Below, one piece after another: positions 45,400 through 55,249 of a stretch of 64,000 nucleotides of DNA. Origin of the DNA: a virus; the IMG/VR virus record IMGVR_UViG_3300042453_004886, positions 130,627 to 194,626 of that record, one strand, 5' to 3'. The first letter of the stretch is position 1. Each line of letters opens with the position of its first letter. The notes below the pieces were generated by a model. The model searched no databases. It was not told where the DNA came from and saw only the letters and a list, made by a program, of their open reading frames with translations. The translations under genes were made by a program, and so were the position numbers.

Positions 45400-47220
45400 A
45401 TGTCCAAGACCACTCGTAGTTTCGTTGAAGCCTTTTTCATCCAAGAAATGCCCAAGGTCGGATACAAGGTTCGACCCTGTCAGGTCAGCTTAGCGGTCAA
45501 GATCGAAAGTGTTCTTGACCGCGGAGCCAACCTTCTTGCAGAAGCAGGCGTTGGGACAGGAAAAACATTTGCTTACATGATTCCAGCTCTGCAAAAAGGA
45601 GCTACGCTGGTATCAACCAACACAATTTCTCTTCAAGAGCAGATTGTAAGTAAGGACATTCCTGCAATCCAGCAATTCTTTGAAGACAAGATCAAGGCAA
45701 AAGTTATCAAGGGAAAGCCTCAGTACTTTTGCCCTGCAAACTACAAAAATAATATCTCATCCATTTCAAGAAAAGATATCAATACAATTGATGCTTGGCT
45801 TGATCAAGGAAACTTTGAGAAAAGTACAGTAGCCAATATTTCTGATAGCACATGGAAGAAAATATCCATGGACTATCAAACCAATTGCTTGAACTGTCCC
45901 ATGGCGCAGGGGTGCAAAACCTTTGAAGAACGCAGCAGCTGGAAGTCTTACCAGCACGCTTATGTGACCAACCATGGACAGCTGATCCAGATCCTGAATC
46001 AGTGGTCCTTGAACAAAGAAAGCGTTCTGGATAAACCAACTTCCATCGTCGTGGATGAGGCACATCAGTTGCTTCCGATGGTTCAAGAGTTTCTGACCAG
46101 CCGTATCAGCGTTCACAGCGCCTTGGAGCTCATGGAAAGCTTGCAGTATGCTTGCAACCTGAGTCCAGAACTCAGAGAGCGCTCTGTTCTGCTGGAGGTG
46201 GTTTTAGAAAGCATTTTGAAACAGCTGGACCAGGTTGAAGCCATTCACCCGGACGACACCAGCAACCGGTACTTGATTGGAAGTTTTCCTGTCGAGCTGC
46301 TTCAAGAAATTGCCTATGCAGGAGATCTTGCACTTGGACTGCTTCAAGAAACCCAGCCGGCTGGGTTTACGGTTGCAAGTCACTTCTTGAAGCTTTTTGT
46401 GGAAGCTTGTGAAACAACCTTGAACCCAGCCCATATCAAATGGATTGAGTTTGATGGGAAAAACAGGCTGCTATGCAGTTTGAGAGAAGACCCTGGTAAA
46501 TGGTTAAATAAAAATCTTTTCAGCCTGGGCATTCCAGTAATTTACATATCGGCTACCTTGGCTGTTAATGACACATTTGCATACACGATCAAAGAACTTG
46601 ATCATGTAGCGTGTGAAGAATTCATCAGCGATAGTCCTTTTGACTATGATAACCAAGTCAAGGTCGAGACAAGATTTACTGACAGGTATGACTACCAAAA
46701 TCAAGAAGTGTATTACCAAAATACATTTTCTGAGATTGAAAAAGTAATTGATGAGAATCAAGGCAACACGCTTGTTTTGTTTACATCGAAGCACGCAGTA
46801 GCAGCTTGCAAAAAATACTTTGAATCTTATACAAAGTATCCCGTTATCTTCCAAGAAGAGACGGGAATATCTGAAGTCATTGAAAGATTCAAAACAACTC
46901 CAAATTCATCCCTGATTGGAACCGGGTTCTGGGAAGGGCTAGACGTGCCCGGAAGCAAACTTTCTGCTGTGGTCATTCCCAAGTTACCTTTTCCGCAGCC
47001 AGATTCTTTGCTAAACTATAAAATAGAGATAGCAAAACAGAATAATTTAGACCCGTTTCAAGAAGTCATCCTCCCGCAAATGCTTTTAAAACTGAAGCAA
47101 GGCGTGGGAAGGTTGATCCGATCCGAGACGGATCACGGTAAGATTGTAGTCCTGGATTCTCGGTTTCGGCGTAGCCGAATTCGGTGGACTCAGGTACTTC
47201 CTTTCCGGTACGAACCATAG
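45400..47220 (+). CDS. dinG: DinG/YoaA-family SF2 helicase
   Basis: AEAGVGTGKT; DEAH; SATL; FWEGLDVPG; LKQGVGRLIR; Cys residues for an Fe-S cluster (FCP, CLNCP..QGC). Confidence 0.93.
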   Translation: MSKTTRSFVEAFFIQEMPKVGYKVRPCQVSLAVKIESVLDRGANLLAEAGVGTGKTFAYMIPALQKGATLVSTNTISLQEQIVSKDIPAIQQFFEDKIKAKVIKGKPQYFCPANYKNNISSISRKDINTIDAWLDQGNFEKSTVANISDSTWKKISMDYQTNCLNCPMAQGCKTFEERSSWKSYQHAYVTNHGQLIQILNQWSLNKESVLDKPTSIVVDEAHQLLPMVQEFLTSRISVHSALELMESLQYACNLSPELRERSVLLEVVLESILKQLDQVEAIHPDDTSNRYLIGSFPVELLQEIAYAGDLALGLLQETQPAGFTVASHFLKLFVEACETTLNPAHIKWIEFDGKNRLLCSLREDPGKWLNKNLFSLGIPVIYISATLAVNDTFAYTIKELDHVACEEFISDSPFDYDNQVKVETRFTDRYDYQNQEVYYQNTFSEIEKVIDENQGNTLVLFTSKHAVAACKKYFESYTKYPVIFQEETGISEVIERFKTTPNSSLIGTGFWEGLDVPGSKLSAVVIPKLPFPQPDSLLNYKIEIAKQNNLDPFQEVILPQMLLKLKQGVGRLIRSETDHGKIVVLDSRFRRSRIRWTQVLPFRYEP

Positions 47221-47371
47221 ACCAAATACGGTCAAAAAAGTTTGGGAAAGTGGTTGCGTGATCCAAAGCAAGCGGGTATAGTTGTTCACGAAGCGTTAGT
47301 TGACTGTTCAGTTCAACTATATGTGACGGAGCACTACCCGCAATCTTTGGAATGGAAGCCGGCGGCACGCA

Positions 47372-47656
47372 ATGAAAACTTATTACATTCCCTACAGCGT
47401 AGCTTCACAAAACCCGATTGCCGCAGAGCCTACGTTCTGCACAGGACAGTCGGGTTTTCCAATTGTTTTTACAACCGTGAGGTATGCTGAAGATTTTGTA
47501 AACAGCGCCAAAAGAATCGGGATCAAGCTCGATTGGGGTATGGCTACCGAATTAGAATTTCCCGGTTTAGAAGATTGCTCTGCTTTTGAAATTGATCCCA
47601 ACGTTGTGATTGATGCTCCTGTGTATCGACGGCGAGCGAGTTCGATAAGCGGATAA
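47372..47656 (+). CDS. Hypothetical protein
   Basis: 94-aa ORF. Confidence 0.55.
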   Translation: MKTYYIPYSVASQNPIAAEPTFCTGQSGFPIVFTTVRYAEDFVNSAKRIGIKLDWGMATELEFPGLEDCSAFEIDPNVVIDAPVYRRRASSISG

Positions 47657-47658
47657 CT

Positions 47659-48258
47659 ATGTCGAAGAACAGCAGCTCTCGTAAAGCCAAGAAAAGAATT
47701 TTACGGGGGCTGCCTCCTCTTCCTGAACCTGTCAAAATCAAATGGACATGTCCGATATGTGGTTCAGATAAAAATAAATCAAGGCACCACATAGAGCCTG
47801 ACAGGCTGAGAAAAAATCACAATAAAAACAATTTAGATACCATATGCAGAGAATGCCATAACGATGTAGAACGTTGTTACGACGTGATCATCTCTGGCAT
47901 TTTTCCAATTTTATGGAAAGAAGCAAGGCGAGCATCTACGCTTGAGAGAGCTTACATTTACTTGCATCAAGAGTTTCTGGAAAGCCCTGAAAAAGTATCT
48001 CCGGAAAGATGGAAAGAAACAAATCTACCTCCAGACATCACACTAGATAAATTGGAGGAGATAATAAAAGAAGCTGCCTTGATTACCTATAATGCAAAAC
48101 ATGCTTTATACGAATCATGTTTAACACTTAACTGGAACCTGATATACAACTGTGTTAAACTAACACTTGCAGTTAAATCCTGCTCTTTCGAAGAAGTAAG
48201 AGAAAAATCCTTAAACCTTAAAGTAAATCTGTTAGGAGAAGAAGATGTTTTTCTTTAA
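47659..48258 (+). CDS. HNH endonuclease-domain protein
   Basis: CPICG...RHHIEP...NNLDTICRECHN. Confidence 0.8.
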   Translation: MSKNSSSRKAKKRILRGLPPLPEPVKIKWTCPICGSDKNKSRHHIEPDRLRKNHNKNNLDTICRECHNDVERCYDVIISGIFPILWKEARRASTLERAYIYLHQEFLESPEKVSPERWKETNLPPDITLDKLEEIIKEAALITYNAKHALYESCLTLNWNLIYNCVKLTLAVKSCSFEEVREKSLNLKVNLLGEEDVFL

Positions 48259-48610
48259 CAAAAAATTCAAGCAGCTAGAAGCTATGATTGAAGAAGTTGA
48301 GTCTAACCTTCTAAGAAGAATTCAGTATTACGAATCACAAACCATGTCCGCTGTAGCCCGCGTAGATGAAGCTGTAAGAGCGGTTCACAACATGGTTGCA
48401 AATGTTGACTACATTCAGGATAGACAGCACGATATTGTTCTAAAAATAAATGAATTGAGGGAGATAGTAGATATTCTTGCTCAAGAACCAAAAGTAACAA
48501 CTGAAATAGTTTCGGATACAAAGCCTAAGTCTTCTAAGTCAAAAAAGAAAGAAACTCCAGATAACCTCAAGTTCTCCTTCAAAAGAGGACGACCAGAAGG
48601 CATGGAGTAA
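48245..48610 (+). CDS. Coiled-coil hypothetical protein
   Basis: 121-aa ORF with AGGAG RBS. Confidence 0.7.
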   Translation: MFFFNKKFKQLEAMIEEVESNLLRRIQYYESQTMSAVARVDEAVRAVHNMVANVDYIQDRQHDIVLKINELREIVDILAQEPKVTTEIVSDTKPKSSKSKKKETPDNLKFSFKRGRPEGME

Positions 48611-48613
48611 CGT

Positions 48614-48760
48614 ATGGACTGCTTCAGACATCCAGGTAATCCAGCAGTGATCAAAGACGAGTCAAACAAGCCCGTCTGTAAAAAGTGTCTGTATCCTGAA
48701 GCAGTTGAGACAAAATCTGAACAGTCTATTTACAAAAATGAACAAAGCAACGTAGAATAA
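48614..48760 (+). CDS. Small B-box-like Zn-binding protein (48 aa, not in the track)
   Basis: MDCFRHP...VCKKC; GGAG RBS. Confidence 0.55.
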   Translation: MDCFRHPGNPAVIKDESNKPVCKKCLYPEAVETKSEQSIYKNEQSNVE

Positions 48761-48829
48761 CTCTTGTCAGGCTTTGCTTGGCAGGAATACGTTAAACCAA
48801 TTAAACTTGTAAAGCGAGAACTCAATAAA

Positions 48830-49114
48830 ATGAATACATCATCCATGGAAACACTAAAGGTAGGAGCTCATACTGAGCCTGCAAAGCTGGCAGGAGCTGT
48901 TTCTGGCCTTGTGCGTCGTAATGGTTTTGCAGAAGTGCAAGCTATCGGTGCGGGGGCTGTCAATCAGCTTGTAAAGGCTGTAGCAATCTCACGTGGATTC
49001 TTTGCAAGTCAGGACCAAGACCTCTGCATGTATCCAAGCTTCATGGACACGGAAATTGATGGGGAAGTTCGGACCGTTATCCGCGCCCGAATTCACGCCG
49101 TTCCTCGTCAGTAG
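48830..49114 (+). CDS. spoVS: Stage V sporulation protein S (SpoVS) family
   Basis: LKVGAHTEPAKLAGAV...EVQAIGAGAVNQLVKAVAISRGF...PSFMDTEIDGEVRT matches the SpoVS consensus. Confidence 0.92.
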   Translation: MNTSSMETLKVGAHTEPAKLAGAVSGLVRRNGFAEVQAIGAGAVNQLVKAVAISRGFFASQDQDLCMYPSFMDTEIDGEVRTVIRARIHAVPRQ

Positions 49115-49599
49115 TCTTTTCCTTCGTCATACAGGTAAAGTCCTGCCAGATCTTCGGATAGAGTGATCATAAGCAGCTTAGCCTTATCAACTACAAGCTC
49201 AAGATTACGTGATTCGTTCGTAAGGCGAATCACGTAATTTTCTTTATCATTACTTACTAGATTTGCAGAATTAAGCTTGACCCCTCTTTTCTTGAGGTCA
49301 TGCGTCAGCAGTTCTGTAACTTCTTCAATGGGAAAATGCTCAGCAGGCGTAAGCGTGATACTTATTAGAAACTCATTTTCTTTGTCATGCTCGACAGAGT
49401 AATCCAGGATTCGTAGCAAGACCTTGCCAAATGTGGCGTTGTAGATCTCGTAACTTTCATAGGGACTCTCAACAGATCCAAATAATGTACTTGGAGTTGT
49501 CCAGCCTGTTCTTATTTCTTTGAGGCCTTCTTGAAAAGGCGTGTAGCGTGAAAAATAGAATCCAGAAAACGCTACAATTGTCTGTAGCAAAGAGGACAC
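49108..49599 (-). CDS. Hypothetical protein
   Basis: 163-aa ORF in a three-gene minus-strand block. Confidence 0.7.
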   Translation of the reverse strand: MSSLLQTIVAFSGFYFSRYTPFQEGLKEIRTGWTTPSTLFGSVESPYESYEIYNATFGKVLLRILDYSVEHDKENEFLISITLTPAEHFPIEEVTELLTHDLKKRGVKLNSANLVSNDKENYVIRLTNESRNLELVVDKAKLLMITLSEDLAGLYLYDEGKDY

Positions 49600-49601
49600 G
49601 A

Positions 49602-49877
49602 CTAGTCCTTTCTAAGGGAGAAATCCTCCCACTCTGGATGCGTGTCCAAAAACTTTTCATGAACAGGCGCATTGTATAGAGATACTTGAGATATAACCTC
49701 TCTATCTCGCTTGAGTTTATGAATCATGAACTCAACAAATCCTGCAAGACTCTCATCCATGACTTTCAAAGAAACCTTGATAGGATCAGTAGATTTCACT
49801 TCCAAGAACATCTTTTTAGGAAACTCTTTTATAAGCTCATAGACGAGTTGTAATTCCCCCGTTGTGTAAGTACTCAT
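49602..49877 (-). CDS. Hypothetical protein
   Basis: 91-aa ORF with AAGGAG RBS. Confidence 0.7.
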   Translation of the reverse strand: MSTYTTGELQLVYELIKEFPKKMFLEVKSTDPIKVSLKVMDESLAGFVEFMIHKLKRDREVISQVSLYNAPVHEKFLDTHPEWEDFSLRKD

Positions 49878-49944
49878 AAGTACTCTCCTTGTTACTTCAT
49901 GGTTTTTAACTCGTCCATGACTTATAAAAATATCTTAATACATA

Positions 49945-51018
49945 TTATTGACTTAACTTCAAAATATATTTTTCTCTATAGTAAGTAAGAGCTTCTGCAG
50001 CTTCTTCGATGTCATCGTAGATCATGATTTTCTTGGTATCTGGAAAGATGATAAATGAAGGGGAAATTGGAAGGGAACGAGGAAAACCCTTGGACTCTGC
50101 GTAGTCATCCTCAACCTTGTAAGAACCCGGCCTGATCCACGCTACGCGCTTGTTTTGCTTCACCTGCCAGCCCACACCCGCTTCGTGGGTGTGACCAATA
50201 CAGCCAATGTCAAAAGGCCCATGCTCGTCGTACATCTTCATGACAGCGTGCCCAGGGTTCATGGCGGAGTTGTAACGATACCGATGCCTGAGCATGCAGA
50301 CATACATCTGGTTGCCAAGGCTCAGATAAAGCCGAGCCCCTTCACCGATGTCTACAAAGTTGAAACGGTCCATGATACGAGCTTGGAGATCGATTCCTGC
50401 ATGGCGACCTGTCCAGAGGTTGTGATTGCCTCGTGTAACCGTCAGGACCGAATCCTGAAGCTCATCAAAGAGAGATTCAACAATCTCCCACTGCTCGGCG
50501 TTCTGGACCAAATCAGCGCGTGCAGCGTAGCTCAGGCTTCCCAAGAAGTTGTTGAGCTCATCGCCATTGAAGACGCAGTACATCCCGTCCGTGTTCTTGA
50601 CAAGCTGAACGTGCTTGTCCAGTAGATTATAAAGAACACCAGAGTCACCGCAATGAATATCGGAGAAAATAGAAATTCCAACAGGAAGGCTTTCAGCGAA
50701 TTCAATCGTGACTTCATCTTTTAACCGACTTGGGTCAAGGTTCTTGAATTCTTGAATAGTCTTGAGATGCTTGACCCAGTCATTCCAGGTTTGCTTGGGA
50801 GGAAATGCATACTTGTCTTCATCCGAGTCAACTGCATTGATCTTGACCCTTTCACGTTTGGTGGCTTCACTGCGGCTGGGCCACTTGCGAGTAAATTCAG
50901 GATCGAGAGCTTTACGAACGGAGTGAATTGAGATGTTCAATTCTTTTGAAATCTGTTCGTAACTTCTGCCCTGTTCTCTCAGATTGCGAACCTGATCTTC
51001 AACGGAAGGTAAGGCCAT
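49945..51018 (-). CDS. Calcineurin-like metallophosphoesterase with N-terminal HTH
   Basis: SDIHCG; NGDELN; RGNHN; RHRY; GHTHE; N-terminal QGRSYEQISKELNISIHSVRK; AGGAGG RBS. Confidence 0.88.
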   Translation of the reverse strand: MALPSVEDQVRNLREQGRSYEQISKELNISIHSVRKALDPEFTRKWPSRSEATKRERVKINAVDSDEDKYAFPPKQTWNDWVKHLKTIQEFKNLDPSRLKDEVTIEFAESLPVGISIFSDIHCGDSGVLYNLLDKHVQLVKNTDGMYCVFNGDELNNFLGSLSYAARADLVQNAEQWEIVESLFDELQDSVLTVTRGNHNLWTGRHAGIDLQARIMDRFNFVDIGEGARLYLSLGNQMYVCMLRHRYRYNSAMNPGHAVMKMYDEHGPFDIGCIGHTHEAGVGWQVKQNKRVAWIRPGSYKVEDDYAESKGFPRSLPISPSFIIFPDTKKIMIYDDIEEAAEALTYYREKYILKLSQ

Positions 51019-51120
51019 GTTTCCTCCTGCTAGGTGTAGACCACAAGAAAGGTGTGATCTATCAACTCATAAAATAGCCTAATCTTACAGGTAGAATCAA
51101 GTGTTTGAAAAGAGGTTTCT

Positions 51121-51453
51121 GTGATTTTTGATCTGAAAATCGCAATTTCTAAGATTCAAAGGTTTCCTGAAATCAAAACCGGGCAAGAATTGAAGGTTGT
51201 AGCAGAACCTGAAAACCCTGTAGACAAGAATGCCCTCCGGTTTGAAACTCCAGAGGGCACTCGTATCGGTTATCTTCCGGCTGTACTAGCTTGCAAATTC
51301 AGTCCGCTTTTGAAAGCTAACAAGGTCCGTTTTGATAAAGCTTGGATAGAAGAAATTGATAGGGATGAAATCAATGAGTTCTTCTATGCCAAGCTGAACA
51401 TTACTCTGCAGACTGAGAGTTCGTTGACGCCAGAGCCAGCCAGCGATCCGTAA
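51121..51453 (+). CDS. Stand-alone HIRAN-domain protein
   Basis: LKVVAEPENPVDKNAL...RIGYLPA. Confidence 0.85.
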   Translation: MIFDLKIAISKIQRFPEIKTGQELKVVAEPENPVDKNALRFETPEGTRIGYLPAVLACKFSPLLKANKVRFDKAWIEEIDRDEINEFFYAKLNITLQTESSLTPEPASDP

Positions 51454-51667
51454 GAAGCGCTCCAAGGTAGCTGTGCATGATAGAGAGCTGATGCGGAGTT
51501 ACAGGCCCCTGAGAGCGAATAAACGGGTTTACACCATTGTGCAGACCCATCGTGATAACGGCGCTTTCTTCAGGTGCCTGTAGCTGCGGAGCAGCCTGTT
51601 CCTCGGCAACTTCTTCAACAGCGGGAACATCAATGACTTCAGGTGTTTCTAGCTTCTTACCAAACAT
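51401..51667 (-). CDS. Hypothetical protein
   Basis: ATG 51667 with GAGGA RBS. Confidence 0.6.
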   Translation of the reverse strand: MFGKKLETPEVIDVPAVEEVAEEQAAPQLQAPEESAVITMGLHNGVNPFIRSQGPVTPHQLSIMHSYLGALLTDRWLALASTNSQSAE

Positions 51668-51767
51668 GGTGTATCCTCTCTTGAGTCTAGACTGTGGTGG
51701 AACCACGGCAACATCCTACAATAACTTAAAAAAATAAGTCAACTATATTGCTCTAAATTACAGCTAT

Positions 51768-52355
51768 ATGTTAGGATCTCACCAAGTATTGGCTGGGAGA
51801 CTGACTATGAAAATGAGCAAGTTCTTTGGTAACCCACAAAGATTTATCATCCTTGAGGGACTTCCTGAAAGTAACATTGTTCAAGTTGGAGAAGAATTGA
51901 GGGGAATGGTAGAAAATTCCACTCTTATCAAGCTCCCACCAAACATTAAAGATCGTGACTGGACAGTAGAAGAATTCATAGAAGATGCAAAAGACATCGT
52001 TTATGAAAATGTCCAAGACGTCGTGATATTCACTCACTTTATTCTTCCTGAGTACCTGTATAGAAACGAAGAAGCAAACAAAATAAAACTGTTTGAATGC
52101 TTCTTGAATGACTTTCCATCGTTTGCTTTCTTCCTCAGAGGTTCCCGAGGCTACTATCAAAGAAAGGTCAAGAATCTGGGCGAAGCCTCCCAGCTTTACC
52201 TGAAGCAAGAAATTTTTGAAGAGGCCTACAAAAAAAGTCAGCTAACCCGTAAACTACTCCTGAGCGGAGACGGTCACACGTCTGAATGGCTGGCTAAAAC
52301 TGTCATGTTCCAGTCGGAGATTTGTCAGATTAAAATGGAAATTGAGGAGGGATAA
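51768..52355 (+). CDS. Degenerate nucleotide (thymidylate) kinase-like protein
   Basis: RFIILEGLPESN resembles the TMK N-terminus but lacks GK[ST]. Confidence 0.45.
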   Translation: MLGSHQVLAGRLTMKMSKFFGNPQRFIILEGLPESNIVQVGEELRGMVENSTLIKLPPNIKDRDWTVEEFIEDAKDIVYENVQDVVIFTHFILPEYLYRNEEANKIKLFECFLNDFPSFAFFLRGSRGYYQRKVKNLGEASQLYLKQEIFEEAYKKSQLTRKLLLSGDGHTSEWLAKTVMFQSEICQIKMEIEEG

Positions 52356-52376
52356 TACCTTGATAGGAGAACTCGC

Positions 52377-53714
52377 ATGACTTCAGCATCGACTCAAAAC
52401 CATTACGGAAAAATTGAAAACAAAACTTTCTCAACCGAGAAATCTCTAAGCTGCAAGGATTCTAAAAACGAAGCCCTTGCGGCTCTTCTTGTGAAGTGGC
52501 CCTGGTATGGCCAGTTCAGTATGGCGCTCTCCGTTGTCGAAACCGAGCAGGTTCCTGTTGCAGCCTGTGGATGGAATCCCGGCACGGGTCAGGGGACGCT
52601 GTATTTTCATCCAGAAAACTTTCCCAAGTTTGACCTGAAGACTCGTCTTTGGGCCATTGCTCACGAGATCACGCACTGGACCAACTTGCATTGCAAGGAA
52701 GCAAAAGGCGGGATGCTTGTCAACGTGGCCATGGATATGGCAGTCAACAGCCTGCTCAGCAAGATGGGCTTGGATCCCACTCACCCGGATGAGTTCATCA
52801 CGGTTGAGAATGTTTACAAGAAATACCTGGAGATCGAGCCAGGTCTTTCAAGGCCTGAAAACTGCATGAGCTGGGAGTACTACTACAATTGGCTCCTCGA
52901 CCGAAAAGATAACCTCAAAGAAAAAATCAATAACGGGTACTTCAAGCCTTCTAACGGCGACGAAGAAGGAGGTCAAAACCCTCAGCCTGGGCAATCGGAA
53001 CTTCATCCTGATCTTGAAGATCTTGTCGATAAGCACGAGAAGTTCGGGGATCTAACCGAAACCGAGAAGGAACTCATTGCTCAATATGTGAAAAATCATG
53101 TTGAGAATACAAGCAAGAATGCTGCTCCGCCCGGAGAATTGAAGGGAATGATCGAGGACTTGATCAAGGCCTGCAAGCCAAAGGTCAACTGGCGTCGTTA
53201 CCTTAAAAACTTTATCGGGTACTCCGGTTCTGTGGATATCAGCACAACCCGTACCCGGCAAAACAAATATGGAGCATTTCCTAAAGTCGTGCTTCGTCCT
53301 CGTTCTGAAATTGCAATCTTTCAGGACACCTCTGGTTCCGTCACAAATCAAGAACTTTCCATGTTCTGGGGTGCGGTTGAGGACATCCACAAAACTTTTG
53401 GAGTCGACATTCACGTCGGTCAAGTCGATACCGAAGTTAGCTCTTTTGAGAAATTCAAAAAGACGAGCAACGCAGGTTACACGATCAAGGGCAGAGGAGG
53501 AACCGATATGCGGGAAATCTTCAGATACTTGAACAATCGACCTGAAATCACAGCGAACACCATCGTGGTGCTGACCGACGGCGATACCCCGTACCCAAAA
53601 CCAGAAGACCTGAAAGGTCGTCGGGTGCTTTGGGTCATCACCCATGAACGCAATGCCAAAAGCATTCCTCAAGGAATCGGTCAAGCTATCTGGATGGATA
53701 CCACCCAGAAGTAG
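52377..53714 (+). CDS. HExxH metallopeptidase-like plus vWA domain protein
   Basis: IAHEITHW; NVAMDMAVN; MIDAS motifs DTSGS, GGTD and TDG. Confidence 0.9.
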   Translation: MTSASTQNHYGKIENKTFSTEKSLSCKDSKNEALAALLVKWPWYGQFSMALSVVETEQVPVAACGWNPGTGQGTLYFHPENFPKFDLKTRLWAIAHEITHWTNLHCKEAKGGMLVNVAMDMAVNSLLSKMGLDPTHPDEFITVENVYKKYLEIEPGLSRPENCMSWEYYYNWLLDRKDNLKEKINNGYFKPSNGDEEGGQNPQPGQSELHPDLEDLVDKHEKFGDLTETEKELIAQYVKNHVENTSKNAAPPGELKGMIEDLIKACKPKVNWRRYLKNFIGYSGSVDISTTRTRQNKYGAFPKVVLRPRSEIAIFQDTSGSVTNQELSMFWGAVEDIHKTFGVDIHVGQVDTEVSSFEKFKKTSNAGYTIKGRGGTDMREIFRYLNNRPEITANTIVVLTDGDTPYPKPEDLKGRRVLWVITHERNAKSIPQGIGQAIWMDTTQK

Positions 53715-53726
53715 GGCCCTGAAGGT

Positions 53727-53752
53727 CAGGGGCTGCTAGCTAGCAGCCCCTG
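53727..53752. repeat. Perfect 26-bp palindrome between convergent genes
   Basis: CAGGGGCTGCTAGCTAGCAGCCCCTG. Confidence 0.85.
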
Positions 53753-53981
53753 TCTTCGTGAAGTAGCGTTGCATTTTCTCGCACTCTTCGTGGTACAAAT
53801 GCATGAACCACTTCACCCGGTGCTGGGCACCCTTGACCCATACAATTGAATTGCTATTGGAGCCTCCAAAAAATAAGTCAACTTCTGTCATTTCTTTGCT
53901 TAAAATAACAAGAAGATAAGCTTGGGCTTCATCCAGATTTTCAATAACTTCTACCCAAAGTCCAGTCTTTTCTTCGTACAT
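53736..53981 (-). CDS. Hypothetical protein
   Basis: 81-aa ORF with GGAG RBS. Confidence 0.55.
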   Translation of the reverse strand: MYEEKTGLWVEVIENLDEAQAYLLVILSKEMTEVDLFFGGSNSNSIVWVKGAQHRVKWFMHLYHEECEKMQRYFTKTGAAS

Positions 53982-54036
53982 ATACGCTCCAATTATGGTT
54001 CAATAACTATATCAAGTCTACTAGGAGATATAAATT

Positions 54037-54318
54037 ATGGAAAGACGTCACATTCAAAAACATAGGCTAGCCAGAACGCTAAGAGTTCTGGGTCGAGTTA
54101 TCTTGGATCTTCGCAGAGAGCAACAGAACGCAAAGTTCGAAGTCCCTACATACCCGGGTAATGACGAGCTTTACAAGTTAGGTCTAGCAGCTATTGGCGA
54201 AATAAACAAGCCTGAGGTTCTAGAAATCCTCAAGGAAGCCTCAAGAAGAGACCCGGGTATTCGTCACGTCGTCAACGATGTCATCAATAACTTGAGTGCA
54301 AAGAGTTCCGATGGATGA
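54037..54318 (+). CDS. Hypothetical protein
   Basis: 93-aa ORF with AGGAG RBS. Confidence 0.7.
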   Translation: MERRHIQKHRLARTLRVLGRVILDLRREQQNAKFEVPTYPGNDELYKLGLAAIGEINKPEVLEILKEASRRDPGIRHVVNDVINNLSAKSSDG

Positions 54319-54523
54319 AGAATTTAAGGTAAAGGTAGGCCAGGTCTGGCAAACTGGAGGTCTTTCGGGATCTCCAAGATTTATTATTGCCATACGAATG
54401 GATTCTACTTTTACCTACTTCAAACATGTTTCAGACAATTCTTCAACGCCTCGTTTGATTCGTATACGGACAACGAGACTTACTCCTACATCTCGCCTAT
54501 TCAAACTCATTCGCGACATCTAG
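54311..54523 (+). CDS. Hypothetical protein
   Basis: KVKVGQVWQ start, SH3-like. Confidence 0.55.
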   Translation: MDEEFKVKVGQVWQTGGLSGSPRFIIAIRMDSTFTYFKHVSDNSSTPRLIRIRTTRLTPTSRLFKLIRDI

Positions 54524-54530
54524 TTAACCT

Positions 54531-55241
54531 TTGAAAGGGAGCTACCTCATGCTTTTAAACTTTAAAAGCTTGCTTCGTGCTATGAATTCTTCCGTTGCTG
54601 AGGAAGATAAGAATAATTCCCAGTTCTCAAATATCGAGCTCGAAACCTTCTGGTTTAACGGAGAGCAGTACGCTCGAATCGTTTCAACTAACGGTAGAAG
54701 CGCAACTCAGCAAGTGGTCAAAATTGATCATGACAATCGTCCCTTGATCGGGTCTATTCAGAGTGCTATGCCTAAAAACAACGACTCTGTTCCTGTGACA
54801 ATTGAAGGGGAAGAAGTTGTTAATCTTATCAAGTGGCTCGAAGCTGTAGAGAAGAGCCTCAAAAACAAAGGGATCAGTGTTGATCCCAACGTTTATAACG
54901 ATAACAACTGCATCGGTATCCGGGTTGATCAAGCAAAAAGAAAGCTTGAGTTTTACAGCGAAGCTGTCTCAACCACGATCTCTGTTCCCCTAAGCTACAA
55001 GGCAGAGTTTGTTCTTTCCACCCAGACTGGATACAAGAACTGCTTTTACAAAATCATTGATTTGAAAGCAGGTATCTTGGCTGTTGCCAAAATGCCCGGC
55101 AAGGGCCGGCAGAGGTACCAGGTTCCTTCAATTCATTTTGACATCAGCTTTGATTCCAGGGATCCCCTTGTTATCAAAAGCTGTGAATATGATTCTCTCG
55201 AGTACCAGACTTTCTCCCTCGTTGCCAAGTCTTACATCTAG
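54531..55241 (+). CDS. Hypothetical protein, possibly sliding-clamp-like
   Basis: NIELE...RIVSTNGRS resembles the clamp motif (I.LE...VATDGHR). Confidence 0.45.
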   Translation: MKGSYLMLLNFKSLLRAMNSSVAEEDKNNSQFSNIELETFWFNGEQYARIVSTNGRSATQQVVKIDHDNRPLIGSIQSAMPKNNDSVPVTIEGEEVVNLIKWLEAVEKSLKNKGISVDPNVYNDNNCIGIRVDQAKRKLEFYSEAVSTTISVPLSYKAEFVLSTQTGYKNCFYKIIDLKAGILAVAKMPGKGRQRYQVPSIHFDISFDSRDPLVIKSCEYDSLEYQTFSLVAKSYI

Positions 55242-55249
55242 GAGGTTAC

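Noticed and set aside
45400-47220. DinG as part of a type IV CRISPR-Cas system
   Set aside because: No repeat-spacer array and no cas/csf genes are visible in the window.
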